A DNA stretch of 64,000 bases from Eledone cirrhosa (taxonomy: Eukaryota), in contig OZ024742.1 of NCBI GenBank assembly GCA_964016885.1, positions 168,640,001-168,704,000 on the forward strand, read 5' to 3'. Shown here piece after piece: positions 1-10,100 of the stretch. A program made the position numbers and the translations under genes. How positions within the stretch are numbered: the first letter of the stretch is position 1; the number at the start of each line of letters is the position of its first letter. A model generated the notes under the pieces. It searched no databases and had not been told where the DNA came from. It worked only from the letters and a program-made list of their open reading frames with translations.

Positions 1-1483
1 CATTAAAAAAAAATTCAATCAAAAACCCATAAAAGAAACATTAAAACAGCATTTAAAAAACCCATTAAAAATTCATTAAAAAAATCCATTTAAAAAATCC
101 ATTAAAAATCCATTAAAAATCCATTAAAAATCCATTAAAAATCCATTAAAAATCCATTAAAAAAATCCATTAAAAAAATCCATTAAAAAATCCATTTAAA
201 AATCCATTAAAAAAAATCCATTAAAAAAAACTCAATCAAAAACCCATAAAAGAAACATTAAAACAGCATTTAAAAAAGCCATTAAAAAAAATCCATTTAA
301 AAAAATCCATTAAAAAAGCCATTAAAAATACATTAAAAATCCATTAAAAATCCATTAAAAATCCATTAAAAATCCATTAAAAATCCATTAAAAATCCATT
401 AAAAAATCCATTTAAAAAAATCCATTAAAAAAATCCATTAAAAAAATCCATTTAAAAAATCCATTTAAAAAATCCATTTAAAAAATCCATTAAAAAAAAT
501 CCATTAAAAAAAATCCATAAAAAAAATCCATTAAAAAAATCCATTAAAAAAAATCCGTTAAAAAAAATCCATTAAAAATCCATTAAAAATCCATTAAAAA
601 TCCATTAAAAATCCATTAAAAAATCCATTTAAAAAAATCCATTAAAAAAAATCCATTAAAAAAATCCATTTAAAAAATCCATTAAAAAAATCCATGAAAA
701 AAAAATCCATTAAAAAAAAAATCCATTAAAAAAAATCAATTTAAAAAAATCCATTAAAAATCCATTAAAAAAAATCCATTTAAAAAAATCCATTAAAAAC
801 CCATTAAAAATCAATTAAAAATCCATTAAAAATCCATTAAAAAATCCATTTAAAAAACCCATTAAAAAAATCCATTAAAAAAATCCATTTAAAAAATCCA
901 TTAAAAAAAATCCATTAGAAAAAACCCATTAAAAAAAATCCATTAAAAAAATCCATTTAAAAAAATCCATTAAAAAAAATCCATTAAAAAAATCCATAAA
1001 AAAATCCATTAAAAAAATCCATTAAAAAAAATCCATTAAAAAAATCCATTAAAAATCCATTAAAAAAAATCCATTAAAAAAATCCATTTAAAAAAATCCA
1101 TTAAAAAAAATCCATTAAAAAAATCCATAAAAAAAATCCATTAAAAAAAATCCATTAAAAAAAAATCCGTTAAAAAAATCCATTAAAAACTCAATCAAAA
1201 ACCAAATTAAAAGGCCATAAAAGAAACATTAAAACAGCATTTAAAATACCATTAAAAACGCCATAAAAAATCATTAAAATCCCATTAAAAATACATTAAA
1301 GGCCCATTAAAAACGCCATAAAAAATCCATTAAAAAAAATCCATTAAAAAAAATCCATTAAAAAAAAATCCGTTAAAAAAATCCATTAAAAACTCAATCA
1401 AAAACCCAATTAAAAGGCCAGAAAAGAAACATTAAAATAGCATTTAAAATACCATTAAAAACGCCATAAAAAATCATTAAAAT
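1..1483. repeat. Internally deleted HOR unit (~1.6 kb, starts before the window)
   Basis: The TTCAATC island at 14 recurs at 1626 (offset 1612). Marker order CCATG (696), TTAGAA (~918) is followed directly by the terminal island pair (1190, 1393). Confidence 0.8.
1190..1325 (+). repeat. Composite diverged-monomer island, empty-site version without the inverted insert
   Basis: CTCAATCAAAAACCAAATTAAAAGGCCATAAAAGAAACATTAAAACAGCATTTAAAATACC...CGCCAT...GGCCC...CGCCAT. It is repeated 203 bp later (1393) with the insert. The same pair starts near 4511, 15692, 26844 and 39535. Confidence 0.9.
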
Positions 1484-1539
1484 TGTTTTTTATGAAATTT
1501 ATAATATGGCTTTTAATGAACTTTTTAATGGGCTTTTAG
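1484..1539 (-). repeat. 56 bp inverted diverged satellite insert, copy 1, with 12 bp flanking direct repeat AATCATTAAAAT
   Basis: Reverse complement reads CTAAAAGCCCATTAAAAAGTTCATTAAAAGCCATATTATAAATTTCATAAAAAACA. Direct repeats lie at 1472-1483 and 1540-1551. Confidence 0.95.
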
Positions 1540-4500
1540 AATCATTAAAATCCCATTAAAAATACATTAAAGGCCCATTAAAAACGCCATAAAAAATCCA
1601 TTAAAAAAAATCCATTAAAAAAAAATTCAATCAAAAACCCATAAAAGAAACATTAAAACCGCATTTAAAAAACCCATTAAAAATTCATTAAAAAAATCCA
1701 TTTAAAAAATCCATTAAAAATCCATTAAAAATCCATTAAAAATCCATTAAAAATCCATTAAAAATAATCCATTAAAAAAATCCATTAAAAAAATCCATTA
1801 AAAAATCCATTTAAAAATCCATTAAAAAAAATCCATTAAAAAAAACTCAATCAAAAACCCATAAAAGAAACATTAAAACAGCATTTAAAAAAGCCATTAA
1901 AAAAAATCCATTTAAAAAAATCCATTAAAAAAGCCATTAAAAATACATTAAAAATCCATTAAAAATCCATTAAAAATCCATTAAAAATCCATTAAAAATC
2001 CATTAAAAATCCATTAAAAAATCCATTTAAAAAAATCCATTAAAAAAATCCATTAAAAAAATCCATTTAAAAAATCCATTTAAAAAATCCATTTAAAAAA
2101 TCCATTAAAAAAAATCCATTAAAAAAAATCCATAAAAAAAATCCATTAAAAAAATCCATTAAAAAAAATCCGTTAAAAAAAATCCATTAAAAATCCATTA
2201 AAAATCCATTAAAAATCCATTAAAAATCCATTAAAAAATCCATTTAAAAAAATCCATTAAAAAAAATCCATTAAAAAAATCCATTTAAAAAATCCATTAA
2301 AAAAATCCATGAAAAAAAAATCCATTAAAAAAAAATCCATTAAAAAAAATCAATTTAAAAAAATCCATTAAAAATCCATTAAAAAAAATCCATTTAAAAA
2401 AATCCATTAAAAACCCATTAAAAATCAATTAAAAATCCATTAAAAATCCATTAAAAAATCCATTTAAAAAACCCATTAAAAAAATCCATTAAAAAAATCC
2501 ATTTAAAAAATCCATTAAAAAAAATCCATTAGAAAAAACCCATTAAAAAAATCCATTAAAAAAATCCATTAAAAAATCCATTTAATAAATCCATTAAAAA
2601 AAATCCATTAAAAAAAACTCAATCAAAAACCCATAAAAGAAACATTAAAACAGCATTTAAAAAACCCATTAAAAATTCATTAAAAAAATCCATTTGAAAA
2701 ATCCATTAAAAATCCATTAAAAATCCATTAAAAATCCATTTAAAATCCATTAAAAATCCATTTAAAAAAATCCATTAAAAAAATCCATTAAAAAATCCAT
2801 TTAATATATCCATTAAAAAAAATCCATTAAAAAAAACTCAATCAAAAACCCATAAAAGAAACATTAAAACAGCATTTAAAAAATCCATTAAAAAAATCCA
2901 TTTAAAAAAATCCATTAAAAAATATATTAAAAATCCAATAAAAATCCATTAAAAATCCATTAAAAAGCCATTAAAAATCCATTAAAAATCCATTAAAAAT
3001 CCATTAAAAATCCATTTAAAAATCCATTTAAAAAAATCCATTAAAAAAATCCATTAAAAAAAACCATTTAAAAAATCCATTAAAAAAAATCCATTAAAAA
3101 AAAATCCATTAAAAAAAAAATCCATTAAAAAAAATCAATTAAAAAAAATCCATTAAAAATCCATTAAAAAATCCATTTAAAAAATCCATTAAAAACCCAT
3201 TAAAAATCCATTAAAAATCCAATAAAAATCCATTTAAAAAACCCATTAAAAAAAATCCATTAAAAAAATCCATTTAAAAAATCCATTAAAAAAAATCCAT
3301 TAAAAAAAACCCATTAAAAAAAAATCCATTAAAAAGATCCATTTAAAAAATCCATTAAAAAAATCCATTAAAAAAAATCCATAAAAAAATCCATTAAAAA
3401 AAATCCATTAAAAAAAAATCCATTAAAAATCCATTAAAAAAATCCATTTAAAAAAATCCATTAAAAAATCCATTAAAAACCCATTAAAAATCCATTAAAA
3501 ATCCATTAAATAAATCCATTTAAAAAATCCATTAAAAAAAATCCATTTAAAAAACCCATTAAAAAAAATCCATTAAAAAAATCCATTTAAAAAATCCATT
3601 AAAAAAAATCCATAAAAAAATCCATTAAAAAAAATCCATTAAAAAAAAATCCGTTAAAAATAATCCATTAAAAATCCATTAAAAATCCATTAAAAATCCA
3701 TTAAAAATCCATTAAAAATCCATTAAAAATCCATTAAAAAATCCATTTAAAAAAATCCATTAAAAAAATCCATTAAAAAAATCAATTTAAAAAATCCATT
3801 AAAAAAAATCCATTAAAAAAAATCAATTTAAAAAAATCCATTAAAAATCCATTAAAAAAATCCATTTAAAAAAATCCATTAAAAACCCATTAAAAATCCA
3901 TTAAAAATCCATTAAAAATCCATTTAAAAAACCCATTAAAAAAAATCCATTAAAAAAATCCATTTAAAAAATCCATAAAAAAAAATCCATTAAAAAAACC
4001 CATTAAAAAAAATCCATTAAAAAATCCATTTAAAAAATCCATTAAAAATACATTAAAGGCCCATTTTAAAATCCATTTAAAAAAATCCATTAAAAAAATC
4101 CATTAAAAAATCCATTTAAAAAATCCATTTAAAAAAATCCATTAAAAAAAATCCATTTAAAAAATCCATTAAAAAATCCATTTAAAAAATCCATTAAAAA
4201 AAATCCATTAAAAAATCCATTAAAAATCCATTTAAAAAAATCCATTAAAAAAAGCCATTAAAAAATCCATTAAAAATCCATTAAAAATCCATTAAAAATC
4301 CATTTAAAAACCCATTAAAAAATCCATTTAAAAAATCCATTTAAAAAATCCATTAAAAAAAATCCATTTAAAAAAACCCATTAAAAAAAATCCATTAAAA
4401 AAATCCATTTAAAAAATCCATTAAAAAAAATCCATTAAAAAAAATCCATAAAAAAAATCCATTAAAAAAAATCCATTAAAAAAAAATCCGTTAAAAAAAT

Positions 4501-4804
4501 CCATTAAAAACTCAATCAAAAACCAAATTAAAAGGCCATAAAAGAAACATTAAAACAGCATTTAAAATACCATTAAAAACGCCATAAAAAATCATTAAAA
4601 TCCCATTAAAAATACATTAAAGGCCCATTAAAAACGCCATAAAAAATCCATTAAAAAAAATCCATTAAAAAAAATCCATTAAAAAAAAATCCGTTAAAAA
4701 AATCCATTAAAAACTCAATCAAAAACCCAATTAAAAGGCCAGAAAAGAAACATTAAAATAGCATTTAAAATACCATTAAAAACGCCATAAAAAATCATTA
4801 AAAT
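1484..4804. repeat. Internally deleted HOR unit, 3,321 bp
   Basis: Insert-to-insert distance. TTAGAA (~2531) is joined to TTTAATAAAT (2581), whereas these markers lie at ~5849 and ~13704 in the full unit. Confidence 0.85.
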
Positions 4805-4860
4805 TGTTTTTTATGAAATTTATAATATGGCTTTTAATGAACTTTTTAATGGGCTTTTAG
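4805..4860 (-). repeat. 56 bp inverted insert, copy 2
   Basis: Same sequence and flanks as 1484-1539. Confidence 0.95.
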
Positions 4861-7017
4861 AATCATTAAAATCCCATTAAAAATACATTAAAGGCCCATT
4901 AAAAACGCCATAAAAAATCCATTAAAAAAAATCCATTAAAAAAAAATTCAATCAAAAACCCATAAAAGAAACATTAAAACAGCATTTAAAAAACCCATTA
5001 AAAATTCATTAAAAAAATCCATTTAAAAAATCCATTAAAAATCCATTAAAAATCCATTAAAAATCCATTAAAAATCCATTAAAAATCCATTAAAAAAATC
5101 CATTAAAAAAATCCATTAAAAAATCCATTTAAAAATCCATTAAAAAAAATCCATTAAAAAAAACTCAATCAAAAACCCATAAAAGAAACATTAAAACAGC
5201 ATTTAAAAAAGCCATTAAAAAAAATCCATTTAAAAAAATCCATTAAAAAAGCCATTAAAAATACATTAAAAATCCATTAAAAATCCATTAAAAATCCATT
5301 AAAAATCCATTAAAAATCCATTAAAAATCCATTAAAAAATCCATTTAAAAAAATCCATTAAAAAAATCCATTAAAAAAATCCATTTAAAAAATCCATTTA
5401 AAAAATCCATTTAAAAAATCCATTAAAAAAAATCCATTAAAAAAAATCCATAAAAAAAATCCATTAAAAAAATCCATTAAAAAAAATCCGTTAAAAAAAA
5501 TCCATTAAAAATCCATTAAAAATCCATTAAAAATCCATTAAAAATCCATTAAAAAATCCATTTAAAAAAATCCATTAAAAAAAATCCATTAAAAAAATCC
5601 ATTTAAAAAATCCATTAAAAAAATCCATGAAAAAAAAATCCATTAAAAAAAAAATCCATTAAAAAAAATCAATTTAAAAAAATCCATTAAAAATCCATTA
5701 AAAAAAATCCATTTAAAAAAATCCATTAAAAACCCATTAAAAATCAATTAAAAATCCATTAAAAATCCATTAAAAAATCCATTTAAAAAACCCATTAAAA
5801 AAATCCATTAAAAAAATCCATTTAAAAAATCCATTAAAAAAAATCCATTAGAAAAAACCCATTAAAAAAAATCCATTAAAAAAATCCATTTAAAAAAATC
5901 CATTAAAAAAAATCCATTAAAAAAATCCATAAAAAAATCCATTAAAAAAATCCATTAAAAAAAATCCATTAAAAAAATCCATTAAAAATCCATTAAAAAA
6001 AATCCATTAAAAAAATCCATTTAAAAAAATCCATTAAAAAAAATCCATTAAAAAAATCCATAAAAAAATCCATTAAAAAAATCCATTAAAAAAAATCCAT
6101 TAAAAAAATCCATTAAAAATCCATTAAAAAAATCCATTTAAAAAAATCCATTTAAAAATCCATTAAAAACCCATTAAAATCCATTAAAAATCCATTAAAA
6201 ATCCATTTAAAAAATCCATTAAAAAAAATCCATTAAAAACACCCATTAAAAAAAATCCATTAAAAAAATCCATTTAAAAAAATCCATTAAAAAAATCCAT
6301 TAGAAAAAACCCATTAAAAAAAATCCATTAAAAAAATCCATTTAAAAAAATCCATTAAAAAAAATCCATTAAAAAAATCCATAAAAAAATCCATTAAAAA
6401 AATCCATTAAAAAAAATCCATTAAAAAAATCCATTAAAAATCCATTAAAAAAATCCATTTAAAAAAATCCATTTAAAAATCCATTAAAAACCCATTAAAA
6501 TCCATTAAAAATCCATTAAAAATCCATTTAAAAAATCCATTAAAAAAAATCCATTAAAAACACCCATTAAAAAAAATCCATTCAAAAAATCCATTTAAAA
6601 AAATCCATTAAAAAAATCCATTAAAAAAATCCATAAAAAAATCCATTAAAAAAATCCATTAAAAAAATCCATTAAAAAAATCCATTAAAAATCCATTAAA
6701 AAAATCCATTTAAAAAAATCCATTTAAAAATCCATTAAAAACCCATTAAAATCCATTAAAAATCCATTAAAAAATCCATTTAAAAAACCCATTAAAAAAA
6801 TCTATGAAAAAAATCCATTTAAAAAATCCATTAAAAAAAATCCATTTAAAAAAACCCATTAAAAAAATCCATTAAAAAAATCCATTTAAAAAATCCATTA
6901 AAAAAAATCCATTAAAAAAAATCCATAAAAAAAATCCATTAAAAAAAATCCATTAAAAAAAAATCCGTTAAAAAAAAATCCATTAAAAAAAAATCCGTTA
7001 AAAAAAATCCATTAAAA

Positions 7018-7107
7018 GCTCAATCAAAAACCCATTAAAAACGCCATAAAAATCATTAAAATCCCATTAAAGATACATTAAAGGCCCATTAAAAACGCCA
7101 TAAAAAA
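7018..7107 (+). repeat. GCTCAATC...AAAGATAC...GGCCC...CGC(C/G)ATA island (representative of 18 copies)
   Basis: Starts at 7018, 9345, 12161, 18211, 20463, 23302, 29351, 31700, 34140, 35991, 42043, 44391, 46887, 51994, 53991, 57785, 59782 and 63576. Confidence 0.9.
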
Positions 7108-10100
7108 TCCATTAAAAAAATCCATTAAAAAAAACTCAATCAAAAACCCATAAAAGAAACATTAAAACAGCATTTAAAAAATCCATTAAAAATCCATTAA
7201 AAAAATCCATTTAAAAAAATCCATTAAAAAATCCATTAAAAATCCATTAAAAATCCATTAAAAATCCATTAAAAACCCATTAAAAATCCATTAAAAATCC
7301 ATTAAAAATCCATTAAAAAATCCATTTAAAAAAATCCATTTAAAAAATCCATTTAAAAAACCCATTACAAAAAATCCATTAAAAAAAATCCATTAAAAAA
7401 AAAGCCATTAAAAAAAATCCAATAAAAAAAATCCATTAAAAATCCATTAAAAAATCCATTAAAAAAAAATCCATTAAAAATCCATTAAAAAATCCATTTA
7501 AAAAACCCATTAAAAAAATCCATTAAAAAAAACTCAATCAAAAACCCATAAAAGAAACATTAAAACAACATTTAAAAAATCCATTAAAAAAATCCATTTA
7601 AAAAAATCCATTAAAAAATCCATTAAAAATCCATTAAAAATCCATTAAAAATCCATTAAAAATCCATTAAAAATCCATTAAAAATCCATTAAAAAATCCA
7701 TTTAAAAAAATCCATTAAAAAATCCATTTAAAAAATCCATTAAAAAAATTCATTAAAAAAAAATCCATTAAAAAAAAATCCATTAAAAAAAATCAATTTA
7801 AAAAAATCCATTAAAAATCCATTAAAAAAATCCATTAAAAAAAATCCATTAAAAACCCATTAAAAACAAATTAAAAACCCATTAAAAATCCATTAAAAAT
7901 CCATTAAAAATCCATTTAAAAAACCCATTTAAAAAAATCCATTAAAAAAAATCCATTTAAAAAATCCATTAAAAAAAATCCATTAAAAAAACCCATTAAA
8001 AAAATCCATTAAAAAAATCCATTTAAAAAATCCATTAAAAAAAATTCATTAAAAAAAAATCCATAAAAAAATCCATTAAAAAAATCCATAAAAAAAAATC
8101 CATTAAAAAAAATCCATTAAAAATCCATTAAAAAAATCCATTTAAAAAAATCCATTAAAAAATCCATTAAAAAACCCATTAAAAATCCATTAAAAATCCA
8201 TTAAAAATCCATTAAAAATCCATTTAAAAAACCCATTAAAAAAATCCATTTAAAAAATCCATTAAAAAAATCCATTAAAAAAACCCATTAAAAAAAATCC
8301 ATTAAAAAAATCCATTAAAAAAATCCATTAAAAAAAAATCCGTTAAAAAAAATCCATTAAAAATCCATTAAAAAATCCATTAAAAAAATCCATTTAAAAA
8401 AATCCATTAAAAAAATCCATTTAAAAAATCCATTAAAAAAAATCCATTAAAAAAAAACCCATTAAAAAAAAATCCATTAAAAAAATCCATTTAAAAAATC
8501 CATTAAAAAAATCCATTAAAAAAAATCCATAAAAAAATCCATTAAAAAAAGTCCATTAAAAAAACCCATTAAAAAAAATCCATTAAAAAATCAATTAAAA
8601 ACCCATTAAAAATCCATTAAAAATCCATTAAAAATCCATTAAAAATCCATTTAAAAAAATCCATTTAAAAAATCCATTAAAAAAATCCATTTAAAAAATC
8701 CATTAAAAAAAATCCATTAAAAAAAAATCCATTAAAAAAAATCCATTAAAAAAAATCAATTTAAAAAAATCCATTAAAAATCCATTAAAAAAATCCATTT
8801 AAAAAAATCCATTAAAAACCCATTAAAAATCCATTAAAAATCCATTAAAAAATCCATTTAAAAAACCCATTAAAAAAAATCCATTAAAAAAAACCCATTA
8901 AAAAATCCATTAAAAAAATCCATTTAAAAAATCCATAAAAAAAAATCCATTAAAAAAATCCATAAAAAAATCCATTAAAAAAATCCATTAAAAAAAAATC
9001 CATTAAAAAAAATCCATTAAAAATCCATTAACAAAATCCATTTAAAAAAATCCATTAAAAAATCCATTAAAAACCCATTAAAAATCCATTAAAAATCCAT
9101 TAAAAATCCATTAAAAAATCCATTTAAAAAACCATTAAAAAAATCCATTTAAAAAATCCATTAAAAAAATCCATTTAAAAAACCCATTAAAAAAAACCCA
9201 TTAAAAAAATCCATTTAAAAAATCCATTAAAAAAAATCCTTTAAAAAAATCCATAAAAAAAATCCATTAAAAAAAATCCATTAAAAAAAAATCCGTTAAA
9301 AAAAATCCATTAAAAAAAAATCCGTTAAAAAAAATCCATTAAAAGCTCAATCAAAAACCCATTAAAAACGCCATAAAAATCATTAAAATCCCATTAAAGA
9401 TACATTAAAGGCCCATTAAAAACGCGATAAAAAATCCATTAAAAAAATCCATTAAAAAAAAATCAATCAAAAACCCATAAAAGAAACATTAAAACAACAT
9501 TTAAAAAATCCATTAAAAATCCATTAAAAAATCCATTTAAAAAAATCCATTAAAAAAAATCCTTTTAAAAAATCCATTTAAAAAATCCATTAAAAAAAAT
9601 CCATTAAAAATATCCATTTAAAAAAAAAGCCATTAAAAAAAATCCATTAAAAAAAATCCATTAAAAATCCATTAAAAATCCATTTAAAAAATCCATTAAA
9701 AAATCCATTAAAAACCCATTAAAAATCCATTAAAAATCCATTAAAAATCCATTAAAAAATCCATTTAAAAAACCCATTAAAAAAATCCATTAAAAAAATC
9801 CATTTAAAAAATCCATTAAAAAAAATCCATTTAAAAAAACCCATTAAAAAAAATCCATTAAAAAAATCCATTTAAAAAATCCATTAAAAAAAATCCATAA
9901 AAAAATCCATTAAAAACAATCCATTAAAAAAAAATCCGTTAAAAAAAATCCATTAAAAATCCATTAAAAATCCATTAAAACATCCATTTAAAAAAATCCA
10001 TTAAAAAAATCCAAAAAAATCAATTAAAAAAATCCATTAAAAAAAATCCATTAAAAACAAAATCCATTAAAAAAAATCAATTTAATAAAATCCATTAAAA

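Noticed and set aside
231-271. Recurrent ~41 bp CTCAATC...CAGCATTT element as a CRISPR direct repeat
   Set aside because: Spacing is irregular (hundreds to thousands of bp), the intervening DNA is satellite rather than unique spacers, there are no cas genes, and the element is itself made of diverged monomers.
1497-1507. TATAAT / TATAAAT promoter-like motif inside the insert
   Set aside because: Such motifs are expected by chance in very AT-rich DNA, and no other promoter evidence is present.
1484-1539. Insert as a MITE or other autonomous mobile element
   Set aside because: It has no terminal inverted repeats or coding capacity, and all five copies share the same flanks, so they spread by array amplification.
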